64,000 nt of DNA from Candidatus Latescibacterota bacterium. GTDB taxonomy: Bacteria > Latescibacterota > UBA2968 > GCA-2709665. The DNA lies in assembly GCA_963662665.2 (NCBI GenBank), contig CAXXJS010000050.1, positions 26,259 through 90,258 of the forward strand, written 5' to 3'. A model generated the notes under the pieces. It did no database searches, had not been told where the DNA came from, and saw only the letters and a list, made by a program, of their open reading frames with translations. The translations under genes and the position numbers were made by a program. The stretch's first letter is position 1; each line of letters opens with the position of its first letter. This document shows, piece by piece, positions 46,696 to 55,721 of the stretch.

Positions 46696-47178
46696 ATTGT
46701 CGTTTTCCAGGTTGAAGTGAACCGACGTCCAAAAACAAGCTGTCAGCGTTCAGCTTTCAGCAATCAGCCAAAACCGGTGAGCAAAGTGGCCGGGTGATAC
46801 CTAATGACGATATCAGCGCCAGGATGTTGGCCGGAAAAAGGATAAAGCAAACACCGTTCCGTCAGGACGAGAAACGTCAGTGCGTCCTGAAAAGAGAGTG
46901 CCGCACGACTTCGCGGTTCAAATCTGCCGGCACGGGCCGCACATTCTGTTCAAGCCCGTCGATTCGAAAGGAAAGATCCGTCCATACGAACGATAAACGC
47001 GAGAATCGGTTTTCCGGAAAATAATACCGGAAAGTGCTGACCCTTTTGGTTATATTCTCAACCGATTCGTCGATGGCGACCCTGCTTATGGATGATTTCA
47101 AGCAGTCCTGATCGCCCGGCGCGCAGTCGTTGTCCCACGAGGGGATCGTAAGCTCTCAGAACGGGAGGATGATCCTAG

Positions 47179-47476
47179 ATGTACCGGGCGGCCGCGGGGG
47201 GAGGGCACCCGGATTGTGCGGAACTCCTGATGCCGCCCGCCGCCGGCGTTCACCATGAACTGCCGATAAAGGGTAACGGCGAGCGGGGAACCACGTCACT
47301 TCAGGAGGCCGTTGCGCCCAGCCCCTCGAAAGAGGAAGGTTTGCCGCTGGGAAGCAAGCTTGCGGTTGCGCGTCTCCTCATCGATGACGGGGCATTCTAC
47401 GACGTGTATTCGGCGTGCGCTCTGAATGACACGTTCCGGCTGCACAATCTCATCGGGCTGGACACTGAGGTTGTAA
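47179..47476 (+). pseudogene. ankyrin-repeat protein fragment
   Basis: ..LAVARLLIDDGAFYDVYSACALNDTFRLHNLIGLDTEVVNA resembles bacterial ANK repeats. It is preceded by an in-frame TAG and followed by an unrelated fragment. Confidence 0.3.
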
Positions 47477-48211
47477 ACGCCGCCGCCGGAGCTGGAACTG
47501 AAAGGACTCAATAGCGAATTGGATGGATTGAAAGAGAAAGCCCGTTTGGCGAGCAGGCAGTTGAAGATGGTGCAGCAATTATTAGATCGCGGCGGGCTTG
47601 CCAGCGCTGAAGACCTGGAGAAAGCCAGGGCGGATTCAATTCTCGCCGCGACGCAGATTGAGAAATCGTTGTCAGCGGTGGAACTGTTGAAATTGGGGCC
47701 TATAACTCCCCTGCGCAAGAAGGCGTTTTTTACGTTCAAGGCAAGGGATGCGGAAGTTGCCGATGCTGAAGCCGCATACACCGTGGTTCGCCGGCAGTTG
47801 CGAAACTACACGTTGTTGGCGCCAGTGCAGGGACGGATACTGATGGTCTTGCGCAAGGCGGGCGCCGTGCCTGCCGTGGGCGATACGCTGATGTTGATCG
47901 GCTCGGAGGATCCCATGTTGGCCGAGTGCCGCGTGCCGGCAGAGTTCGCTCCCTGGCTGAAGGCGGGGCAGCGGGTTGACCTCTGGCCGCAATGGGAAAG
48001 CTCATTTGAAATTTCAGGAAGGGTTCATTCCGTACGGCGGTACGTTCAACGGGAGAGTTACCCCTCCGTGCGAGTCCTGGTGAAGATCGATTCCGAGCCT
48101 CCTCTGATTCCCGGCAACAGACTGGTGGCTGAGGTAAAGCTGCGCCGCGCCAGTGTTTTGGAGTTGCTTCTGTTTCCGTTTGACTGGTCGATCGCCGGCG
48201 GACTGGAATAG
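47477..48211 (+). pseudogene. 5'-truncated HlyD/MFP-family adaptor fragment
   Basis: The frame opens right after a TAA at 47474. It has the coiled-coil plus ..YTLLAPVQGRILMV.. beta-barrel part only, with no N-terminal TM or lipoyl half and no credible start. Confidence 0.55.
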
Positions 48212-48320
48212 CCGGATCGGTCTCGTTGTGCCCTGAGTCCAGGTTGGTAATGAGCAGCTTCGATCTGACGAGGATCGGCATGTGCGGATCGGCGTGCCGT
48301 GCGGCTTTGGACGGATGGCG

Positions 48321-49259
48321 TCAGACGCGGACGAGCTTGCGGAAACTGCGCATTTCCCGGGGAGGATCCAGTTGCGAACCGAAGGCGCTCCAGGACACTT
48401 CTCCAACGTAGATATCCCCATGCGAATCCACCGCCAGCCCGTGCGGAGCAGTGAACTGACCCGGACCCTCGCCGGACATGGGGTCTCCCAGTCTTGCAAG
48501 GCGGTTGCCCGCCGGATCGTGAATACTTACGCATGAGCCCACGTTGGGATAGGCTGCGTTAACCTCCAGTTGCGTGGGCAGCTGCCCGACGTACACGAGG
48601 TCGTCGTCGATGTGCAGGCCGCATGGGCGGTGCAGATTGTTCCACTGCGTAAGATAGTTGCCCTCGGGGTCGAATACCTGCACTCGGTGGTTTTCCCGGT
48701 CGGCGATATAGACGGATCCGCGGCTGTCCGTACAGACGCTGTGTACCAGGTTGAACCGGCCGGGGTCCGTTCCGTAGTCACCCCAGGAGAACAGGTGTTC
48801 CCCTTCCGGCGAGAACTTGTGCACCCGTGCGTTGCCGTAACCGTCCGAAATATAGAGGTCTCCGGTTGCAGGATCGAAGGCCACTTTGGTAGGCTGGTTG
48901 AACGGCGTCCCGCTTTGAGCCGGGGCGCCCCGACCCGGGGTTCCAATCACCATCAATACCTCGCCATCCAGCGTACACTTCCTGACGCAGTGACCCTGGT
49001 CGTCCACGCAATACAGCATCCCGTCCGGACCCAGCGTCAGGCCGTGGGGGCGCACAAACAGGCCCTCGCCCCAGGATGACAGGAATTGCCCGTTTCTGTC
49101 GAACACGATAACCGGATGTTTGCCGCGGTTGAACACGTAAACCCGGTCGTCTGAATCCACGACCATATCCACCACCTCTTTGAATCGCCAGCCGCGGGGC
49201 AAACGCGCCCAGTCGGACTGTTCCTCATACTGGTATTTGCCGCTGCCCAGAAGCGCCAT
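48321..49259 (-). CDS. NHL-repeat beta-propeller protein (peptidyl-alpha-hydroxyglycine alpha-amidating lyase-like)
   Basis: Repeated ..V.VDS.G.VYV.DR.NHR(V)Q.F.. blades, for example RGSVYIADRENHRVQVFDPEGNYL. Confidence 0.8.
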   Translation of the reverse strand: MALLGSGKYQYEEQSDWARLPRGWRFKEVVDMVVDSDDRVYVFNRGKHPVIVFDRNGQFLSSWGEGLFVRPHGLTLGPDGMLYCVDDQGHCVRKCTLDGEVLMVIGTPGRGAPAQSGTPFNQPTKVAFDPATGDLYISDGYGNARVHKFSPEGEHLFSWGDYGTDPGRFNLVHSVCTDSRGSVYIADRENHRVQVFDPEGNYLTQWNNLHRPCGLHIDDDLVYVGQLPTQLEVNAAYPNVGSCVSIHDPAGNRLARLGDPMSGEGPGQFTAPHGLAVDSHGDIYVGEVSWSAFGSQLDPPREMRSFRKLVRV

Positions 49260-49574
49260 AGAATACCCCTTTTGTCATAGTTGATTGATGGACCCCCACT
49301 GCGGGGCGCGCGTGCGGGAACCACCCGGTACCGCGAAGTTCACTGAATTCCGTGCGTGATTCTATCGGTGTCCAGTATACGCCACCGCATTCCGGCCTGT
49401 CAACCGGAACACGCGCCGCCGGCAGGAGACCCGTCGCAAGTCCGGAATCTTGCGCCATCCGTTTACGGGGCACAAATTTCTTGTCTATGTCCAAACACCG
49501 CGCTATCTTTTCGCCGTACGTCACTCGAACAGGCAGCGAATTCCATAACCCAACGCACACAGGAAACCGACTTT

Positions 49575-49847
49575 ATGAACATTTTTCCCGTTCACGCCGC
49601 CTTCAGGGGGTTCCAGTGCGACCTCCCGGATGCGCGTATCCTGAATTGCATCCAGCAGGCGCTGAATGCCGGAAAGCTGAAGCGTCCCTCATTCACGCGC
49701 TGGCCCGGGGGCGAACCGATCTCCGTCCACGTCGGTGAGTCCCATCTGACGAACTGGAGGCGCCAGTACCATGAAGGCGTGAACGTGGACATTCCCGCAC
49801 ACGCGGCGCAAGAGCTGGACGACATTCTCGGCGTGCCCCGCACGTGA
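49575..49847 (+). CDS. hypothetical protein (90 aa)
   Basis: AGGAAA RBS before ATG 49575, directly upstream of the PhyH gene. No family recognised. Confidence 0.4.
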   Translation: MNIFPVHAAFRGFQCDLPDARILNCIQQALNAGKLKRPSFTRWPGGEPISVHVGESHLTNWRRQYHEGVNVDIPAHAAQELDDILGVPRT

Positions 49848-49911
49848 ACGAAACCGGGGACGTTGGGGGGTAGTGGAACTTCCATCTCCAACCCGGAAAA
49901 AGGAGTCTGCA

Positions 49912-50721
49912 ATGGACGACGAAGAGAGATATTTCTTTGATCTCAACGGCTATCTCGTGGTTGAGAACGCCCTCTCCTCAGCGGAAGTCGCCGCGTGCAA
50001 CGAAGCCATCGACCGGAACGGCCACCAGATTCGAGAACGTCCCGATGAACAATCCCTCTCGGGTAAATCCAAAACGTTAAAGGGTGAGCAGGGCCGCGGC
50101 GACCTGGGCGGCATGCTCACCTGGCCGAAGCCCTGGTGCCAGCCCTTCAGAGACCTGCTGGCTCATCCGGCAATCGTACCGTATCTCAACGAATTGTTGC
50201 GCGAAGGCTTCCGCCTGGACCACGTCTACGGTATCATCATGCGCCAGGGAACGGAAGGACACGTACTGCACGGCGGCGGCACTACGGACGACCTGACCCA
50301 TTTCTACCAGTTCCACAATGGCAGGATGCGATGCGGTCTTACGGTTGTCGCCTGGATGTTTACAGACTGCGGACCTGGAGACGGGGGCTTAGCGTGTATA
50401 CCAGGCAGCCACAAATCCAATTATCCGACCCCGAGGGGCGTGGCTCTGCTGGATAGAGACATCGGCGTGGTGCGGCAGGTGGAGGCGAAAGCAGGTTCGG
50501 CCGTAATCTTCACCGAAGCCCTCACCCACGGCACCATGCCCTGGACGGCCGAACATCAGCGGCGGTCCATTCTGTACAAATACGCGCCGGGACCACTGAC
50601 CTATGCGAAGGTGTACGTGCCTCAGGGCGTGGAGAACGTAATGGACGAATTCACGCCTGCGCAGCGCGCCGTGCTGGAACCGCCGTACCGCACCCAGCGG
50701 CCGACACTCGCGGGCAGCTGA
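49912..50721 (+). CDS. phytanoyl-CoA dioxygenase (PhyH) family Fe(II)/2OG oxygenase
   Basis: FFDLNGYLVVENALS is a typical N-terminus. HxD...H ligand pattern (VLHGGG.., CIPGSHK). AAAGGAG RBS. Confidence 0.85.
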   Translation: MDDEERYFFDLNGYLVVENALSSAEVAACNEAIDRNGHQIRERPDEQSLSGKSKTLKGEQGRGDLGGMLTWPKPWCQPFRDLLAHPAIVPYLNELLREGFRLDHVYGIIMRQGTEGHVLHGGGTTDDLTHFYQFHNGRMRCGLTVVAWMFTDCGPGDGGLACIPGSHKSNYPTPRGVALLDRDIGVVRQVEAKAGSAVIFTEALTHGTMPWTAEHQRRSILYKYAPGPLTYAKVYVPQGVENVMDEFTPAQRAVLEPPYRTQRPTLAGS

Positions 50722-50820
50722 CCCTATTGAATGCGCCCGCGCACGGACAGCGCCAGGGGTAGGGCCCCGACACGGCAGAATCCGGGTGCCGATAACCCGC
50801 AATCGGATTTATCGCAAGAG

Positions 50821-50850
50821 ATAGCCCCGGTCTGATTCGACCGGGGCTAT
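50821..50850. terminator. 12-bp perfect hairpin between convergent genes
   Basis: ATAGCCCCGGTC-TGATTC-GACCGGGGCTAT, with no clear U-tract. Confidence 0.45.
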
Positions 50851-50887
50851 CGCACAATTCCTATCGTCCATCCCGCCAATGCCGGGC

Positions 50888-52036
50888 CTACAAATAATTC
50901 ACACCATACCAAAGTGCAGGTATCGGGAACACCTGCGCAAGGATCTCGCCCGCACGACCTCCGGACTTCAGCAGGGCCTCTTCGACGCCGTCCAGCGTGC
51001 CGAATATCAACTGCACCGCCGCCCCCTGGTCGGGCGCCACCACGCGGTCGCCCCCATACGAGAAGATCATCTCGTCTCCCTGCTCCGTGAAGACCAGGCT
51101 TTGCGCTTCCGTCTCTCCCACCACCTCCGCAAAGTAGGGCCGCATCCGCTCCATGAACTGGACGAAATTGATCAGTGTGACCGTTCCCGATGAATTGGCC
51201 GGTGCGCCCGTAAGCCCTCTCGACTGAAGACAATCCTGGAACCAGCGGTCGCAGCCCATCACGTGGACGCCGAGCGCCCGGAGGTCCAGTTTCCGGATCA
51301 GCTTGCCGAGCGCGCCGGCCAGGCACCCTCGATCTCCTGCCGCCTCCTGTACCGGTATCCGGTCGTCCGCCTCGCGGGGCTGCTGCACGATCACGTATCC
51401 CCGCGTCATCCCGGCTTCACACACTTTGTACACCAGCGCGGGCCGGTTCATCACAAACCCGTTGAAGGCGTGGGTATAGTCGGAAGGGGGCCGCATCCAC
51501 CGCACGGGCTCCTCCCGGTACACCGACGCCATCGCGGGCACGTCGTCCGGAGATGCCTCCACCAGTTCCACGCTCGCGTCGTCGAAATCTCCGGCCCTTT
51601 CCGCGGACACGGAAAATTCCCAGTCGCGGCCCACGTACCGGCAACCGAACCGGTGGTACATCTTGCGATACCCTGAAACCAGCATGAAGTCCACCCCGTC
51701 TTCCCGGCAGACGCGCATCGTGTCTTCAAACAGGGCCGTTGCGTACCCATTGCCGCGGTGTTCTTCGTACGTGGCCACCCCGCCCAGGGACGACGCGCGC
51801 ACCGTGCATCCGAATATGGACGCGTTCCGCCGCAGCGCGCCGATGTGGGAAACGACCCGGCCGTTTGCCACCACCACCCGCATTTCCCCGGCGTGCGCCG
51901 GGGTGTAGAAGTGGGGGTATTCTTCCGCGAGTCCGGGCCGGAACACCGTGTGGACCAGGTCGCACAGACTCTGGAATTCACCGGGATGCAGGCTGCGCAT
52001 GCCATCGCGCCAGGAAGAATCGGGTTCTCTGGGCAT
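50888..52036 (-). CDS. GNAT N-acetyltransferase (Eis-like, with C-terminal SCP2-like domain)
   Basis: ..LGGVATYEEHRGNGYATALFEDTM.. is acetyl-CoA-binding motif A. The 382-aa, two-to-three-domain architecture fits Eis-like enzymes. Confidence 0.8.
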   Translation of the reverse strand: MPREPDSSWRDGMRSLHPGEFQSLCDLVHTVFRPGLAEEYPHFYTPAHAGEMRVVVANGRVVSHIGALRRNASIFGCTVRASSLGGVATYEEHRGNGYATALFEDTMRVCREDGVDFMLVSGYRKMYHRFGCRYVGRDWEFSVSAERAGDFDDASVELVEASPDDVPAMASVYREEPVRWMRPPSDYTHAFNGFVMNRPALVYKVCEAGMTRGYVIVQQPREADDRIPVQEAAGDRGCLAGALGKLIRKLDLRALGVHVMGCDRWFQDCLQSRGLTGAPANSSGTVTLINFVQFMERMRPYFAEVVGETEAQSLVFTEQGDEMIFSYGGDRVVAPDQGAAVQLIFGTLDGVEEALLKSGGRAGEILAQVFPIPALWYGVNYL

Positions 52037-52167
52037 TCTGGCCTCCCTTCACCTGGAAACGGGTAGTCTCCAACGAGTCAGACTTACTGCTAAAAAATGA
52101 TTTGAAACCGAATTCACCCGGGCCGGGACGGACAGACGGGGATTATGGCAGTATCCGACGCCGTCGT

Positions 52168-53115
52168 CTACGCCTCTTCCCCCGACATAAAACCAGGCAC
52201 GCTGAAATATCGTTCCGCCGAATCGCAGATCACCGTGATAACGCGCCGGCCTTCGCCCAATTCCTCCGCCACCTGTAGCGCGGCCCAGACGTTTGCCCCG
52301 GCCGAAATGCCGCTCAGGATACCCTCTTCGGCCGCAAGGCGTCTGGAGGTTTCGAACGCATCCGCCGCGGTCGCGCAAATCACGCTATCGTAGACTCCCC
52401 GGTTCAGAACCTCGGGAACGAACCCCGCGCCGATGCCCTGGATGTCGTGAAGCCCCGGCGCACCGCCGGACAGCACGTTGGACCGCTCCGGTTCCACCGC
52501 CACCACCAGGACGCCGGGCATTTCCGCTTTCAGGACCTCGCCCACGCCCGTGATGGTGCCGCCGGTGCCCACGCCGGCCACGAACGCGTCCAACCGCCCC
52601 TGGACCGCATCCATGATCTCGCGCGCGGTTGTGCGCCGGTGCACCTCCGGATTGGCGGGATTGGCGAACTGCTGCGGCATGAACGTGTTGTCGGGGGCTT
52701 CACGCGCGATGCGCAACGCCTCGTCCACGGCGCCCTGCATGTCCTCCACGCCCGGCGTGAGCACCACCTCGGCCCCAAAGCTCTGCAAAAGGTCCCGCCT
52801 CTCACGGCTCATGGAATCCGGCATGGTGAGAACCAGCCGGTATCCCTTTGCCGCCGCCACCAGCGCCAGGCCGATGCCCGTATTCCCGCTGGTGGGCTCA
52901 ACAATGGTCATACCGGGCTTCAGACTGCCGTCCTGCTGTGCCGCATCGACCATGGCGTACGCAATCCGGTCCTTCACGGAAGCCACGGGGTTGGCGGCCT
53001 CGATTTTAACGGCAACCTCGGCCATGCCCGGTTCCACCATCCGGTTCAGCTGCACCATCGGCGTGTCGCCGATCAGTTCAAGAATATCGTCCGCCACCGC
53101 ATTCGCCAATGGCAT
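52168..53115 (-). CDS. cysK: cysteine synthase A (O-acetylserine sulfhydrylase)
   Basis: GDTPMVQLNRM...NPVASVKDRIA (PLP lysine)...TSGNTGIGLA...GTGGTITG. Confidence 0.95.
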   Translation of the reverse strand: MPLANAVADDILELIGDTPMVQLNRMVEPGMAEVAVKIEAANPVASVKDRIAYAMVDAAQQDGSLKPGMTIVEPTSGNTGIGLALVAAAKGYRLVLTMPDSMSRERRDLLQSFGAEVVLTPGVEDMQGAVDEALRIAREAPDNTFMPQQFANPANPEVHRRTTAREIMDAVQGRLDAFVAGVGTGGTITGVGEVLKAEMPGVLVVAVEPERSNVLSGGAPGLHDIQGIGAGFVPEVLNRGVYDSVICATAADAFETSRRLAAEEGILSGISAGANVWAALQVAEELGEGRRVITVICDSAERYFSVPGFMSGEEA

Positions 53116-53193
53116 GTTGTTCCTCTCGAAGCCTTCAGCCGGTTCCGGTCAGCGCGTTTGATCCGGCAATCCGGTAGGGTACAAATCCATCGA

Positions 53194-53652
53194 TCAGACG
53201 TCCTCTGTTCTGACACTGCTGTTTGCCACGGCCTGGATCGCCATTTTTCCCAGCCGCTGGATATCTTCGGCGATCGTATCGTCCTCCAGGTCGGCAGGGC
53301 CGCACCAACGGAAACCCTCCGCCTCGGAGGCGGCCACTTTCAGGCTGCCCCCCGTCACGCGGGCGAAATAGATCAGGTCTATGTGCTGATGATCGGCGGA
53401 AATCTGTTCCAGGAGAATACACTCGGGGCGGCTCAGCACGTCCACGGTGCCCATCCGGGACCGCGGCGAAAGCAGGGCCACCTCCAGGCCGCATTCTTCC
53501 AGGACCTCACGGACGGCCGCATCGCACGGCAGTTCGTCCTTATCGATATGCCCGCCCGGCGGAAGCCAAAGCCTGAGCCGCTTGTGAAAAAGCAACAACG
53601 TTCTGCCGTCCTGAACGATAAACGTGGTTGCGGTGAAATCTCGCGTTGTCAT
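53194..53652 (-). CDS. NUDIX hydrolase
   Basis: Nudix box GGHIDKDELPCDAAVREVLEECGLEV. ATG at 53652 with a GGAAGG RBS. The longer ORF N-terminus is repeat-derived. Confidence 0.85.
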   Translation of the reverse strand: MTTRDFTATTFIVQDGRTLLLFHKRLRLWLPPGGHIDKDELPCDAAVREVLEECGLEVALLSPRSRMGTVDVLSRPECILLEQISADHQHIDLIYFARVTGGSLKVAASEAEGFRWCGPADLEDDTIAEDIQRLGKMAIQAVANSSVRTEDV

Positions 53653-53968
53653 CCTTCCGAATATACCTTGCGTCGTCCATGGGGGAAAGAAAAAAGCGAC
53701 TGTGATTTGTGTGATTAGAACCTGATTAGCGTGATTGAGGCAATGGCGTTTAATAAGAATGGAAAGGATGAACAGGATAAAACCAGCCGCGGCTACGCGT
53801 CGTTCAGGCGCAAATAGACGGACGGTGTGGCAGCACATCCGTATCACTCCCCCCTTGAGGGGGAGTCGCAGAAGCCGAGCCGATCCCTGAGCCTGTCGAA
53901 GGGCCGGCGACGGCTGATGCGGTGGGGGGAATTCAACAACGAATGGTGCATGTTTCAGTTTTGGTCGT

Positions 53969-53995
53969 AATCCTGCCTATCCTGTGCATCCATGT
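53969..53995 (+). repeat. short interspersed repeat (ATCCTG..ATCCTG..ATCCATG family)
   Basis: AATCCTGCCTATCCTGTGCATCCATGT. Confidence 0.7.
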
Positions 53996-54041
53996 AGTGT
54001 ATTGTTTTGGGAGGCGGGTAGGGGGTGACGTTAATCTGTGT

Positions 54042-54425
54042 CTACCAGATGGTCTGTGAATAGAACGCCTGGATTATTGAATTGGAGGTGACGATGGGGC
54101 AGGCGTTCAGGCTGGCGGTTGCGACAATGATCCGATCGGCAGGGTCGCGATGGTCCCAGTCGAGTTCGAGGCTTTTGATCCAGGTCCGCGTGCATACGGG
54201 CAGGATATCGATACGGTCGACTTGCTCCAGTTTATCCGTGAATTCCTGAATCGAAACCGGAATTAGTAGCTGTTCCTTCTTGACTTTAATACCGATTTCC
54301 CATATCGATATGTCGCTCAGGGCAATCCTGTCGTAGTCGGAGATCGCCTGTTCGGCAGCCTGAGACAGCCGATCCGGATCCAGTGTCCAGAACACAAGGG
54401 CCGACGTGTCCAACAGGACCATCAC
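54042..54425 (-). CDS. vapC: type II toxin VapC (PIN domain)
   Basis: MVLLDTSALV...DRIIVATA carries the acidic PIN residues. There is a 4-nt overlap with the upstream antitoxin gene. Confidence 0.9.
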   Translation of the reverse strand: MMVLLDTSALVFWTLDPDRLSQAAEQAISDYDRIALSDISIWEIGIKVKKEQLLIPVSIQEFTDKLEQVDRIDILPVCTRTWIKSLELDWDHRDPADRIIVATASLNACPIVTSNSIIQAFYSQTIW

Positions 54426-54652
54426 AGGTCAGTCCATTCATCGGTGGTTGGCAAATTGACGTCTTCGCGGTAGATCGCGCCCCCCTGAATGGCGCCGAAC
54501 ACCTCTTCTACGGTCTTTTTTGGTTCAATAGGCTGAATGCGCAAAACCGGCCGCCTTCGATCCGTGACAATCAGTTCTTCGCCGGTTTTCTCAAGCTCGC
54601 GAAAGACTCGTAGCATATTGGCTTTCAGCTTGCTCTTCGAAATGGATTGCAT
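54422..54652 (-). CDS. vapB: type II antitoxin (Phd/YefM-like) paired with VapC
   Basis: MQSISKSKLKANMLRVFRELEKTGEELIVTDRRRPVLRIQPI is the prevent-host-death type. ATG at 54652. Confidence 0.8.
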   Translation of the reverse strand: MQSISKSKLKANMLRVFRELEKTGEELIVTDRRRPVLRIQPIEPKKTVEEVFGAIQGGAIYREDVNLPTTDEWTDL

Positions 54653-54674
54653 GCGTTCTCCCAGGCTGAATAAG

Positions 54675-54726
54675 TGACTATAGTCATAACCATAGTCATT
54701 ATACACAGAAATAAAATTCCTGTCAA
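54675..54726 (-). promoter_or_regulatory. consensus sigma-70 promoter plus operator palindrome of vapBC
   Basis: Minus strand reads TTGACA (54726-54721)-17 nt-TATAAT (54703-54698), followed by the perfect palindrome TGACTATAGTCA (54675-54686) and the half-site CATAGTC (54691-54697). Confidence 0.75.
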
Positions 54727-54940
54727 CGAATTGTCTTACATAGTTTGACAGGGTTAACAAGATATATTGGCATTTTGCCACGAGGCTCGAAATTTGGGTC
54801 GTTTATATTATCGGCTGAATCTGGTTTTTCCGGATGCTATACTGACTATCCCGAGCATCCATGTTTCCCACGTCTTCACGCGGGCCGGTAGCCGAATGCT
54901 GGCGCGCGGCCAACCGCTACCGCCATTTGTGACAACACCA

Positions 54941-55140
54941 CTAACCTTGATTAGTAATTCTTCGGGGAAGTAAAACCGAATATATGCAAGTAGATAAAGG
55001 CGATTTGACTTCGGATTACCAGGATACACCAGGTCACTGGACGTGAATTGAAAAAACGTCCTTTTTGACGACCGTTACGCCCCGTTTCAGGGGTTTTCGT
55101 CGCGTCGCCTTGTTGCTGTTTTTTTCGAATTGGGGCTAAT
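54941..55140 (+). repeat. 200-nt repeat, copy 2 (intron-free)
   Basis: Colinear with 30217-30233 plus 30990-31172. Contains hairpin plus U-tract structures: GGACGT-11 nt-ACGTCC-TTTTT, and CCCC-GTTTCA-GGGG-TTTT. Confidence 0.9.
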
Positions 55141-55321
55141 CGCGCAGCCGGAACTTGATTTCGTCTACAGAAGCCGTCTCGAGGAACGATTCCAGTTCTT
55201 TCTTCAGGTTTTCCTTCGATTCGGCTATCGTGTTCCCCTGGCTCGCGATATCCAACTCTGGACAGAGCGCGACGTACCCTTCGCCGACTCGCTCAATAAA
55301 TGCCGTCAACTGCCTTGCCAT
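55136..55321 (-). CDS. HicB-like antitoxin-fold small protein (UPF0150/DUF1902-like), no HicA partner
   Basis: MARQLTAFIERVGEGYVALCPELDIASQGNTIAESKENLKKELESFLE. It is a paralog of 55722-55904. Confidence 0.7.
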   Translation of the reverse strand: MARQLTAFIERVGEGYVALCPELDIASQGNTIAESKENLKKELESFLETASVDEIKFRLRD

Positions 55322-55358
55322 CACCAACTCCGATCGGTCGAAACCGATTCTCCAACAC

Positions 55359-55387
55359 GGATATACAGGATGTACAGGATTATAACC
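55359..55387 (-). repeat. short interspersed repeat (inverted orientation)
   Basis: The reverse complement reads GGTTATAATCCTGTACATCCTGTATATCC. Confidence 0.65.
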
Positions 55388-55653
55388 CTCGAAAACCAGC
55401 TAACCCTGTGTACAGCCGCTGAGGGGTGCCGCTAATTTACAGACGCCCGAACACCGTCATGGATTCACTGGAAATTCCCAAAAAAAAACCATCAGAACAG
55501 AGATGGACAGGATAAACGGGGCAACACACAGTCGAATCAATACCTGCTCAACGAAAAAAGTGTTCCGGAAGTAAGGGATTTTAGCCCTGATCGAACGATG
55601 AACATCGAAGGGCTGCACGTCCGCTGCAAGAATTGCCAACGGACTTTTGATTT

Positions 55654-55709
55654 TGTCCTGCCTATCCTGCCTGTGGGTACGCACGCAGACAGGTGCAACC
55701 ATGTTCCCC
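55654..55709 (+). repeat. short interspersed repeat, long form with internal hairpin
   Basis: TGTCCTGCCTATCCTGCCTGTGGGTACGCACGCAGACAGGTGCAACCATGTTCCCC. Confidence 0.75.
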
Positions 55710-55721
55710 TATTTCAATTCT

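Noticed and set aside
46895-46965. tRNA-like 3' fragment (..CGCGGTTCAAATCTGCCGGCACGGGCC..) that could mark an integration att site.
   Set aside because: Only a T-loop-like GGTTCAAATC with a 4/5 T-stem is present. No D arm, anticodon arm or matching 5' acceptor strand could be folded, so it is too weak to call.
46877-47101. 74-aa minus-strand ORF with a faint ParE/RelE-like stretch (..NVRPVPADLNREVVRHSLF..).
   Set aside because: The resemblance is short. The ORF lacks the C-terminal toxin core and has no adjacent antitoxin ORF. It could be a remnant, but that is not supportable from the sequence alone.
55049-55051. TGA in the 200-nt repeat (replacing TGG) and in the AhpD-like gene as evidence for a TGA=Trp or TGA=Gly genetic code.
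   Set aside because: Many well-supported genes in the window terminate at TGA at the expected protein ends (for example the TPR protein, the RND permease and tetR), so TGA is a normal stop here. Only the AhpD-like case has a Cys-position context plus a hairpin.
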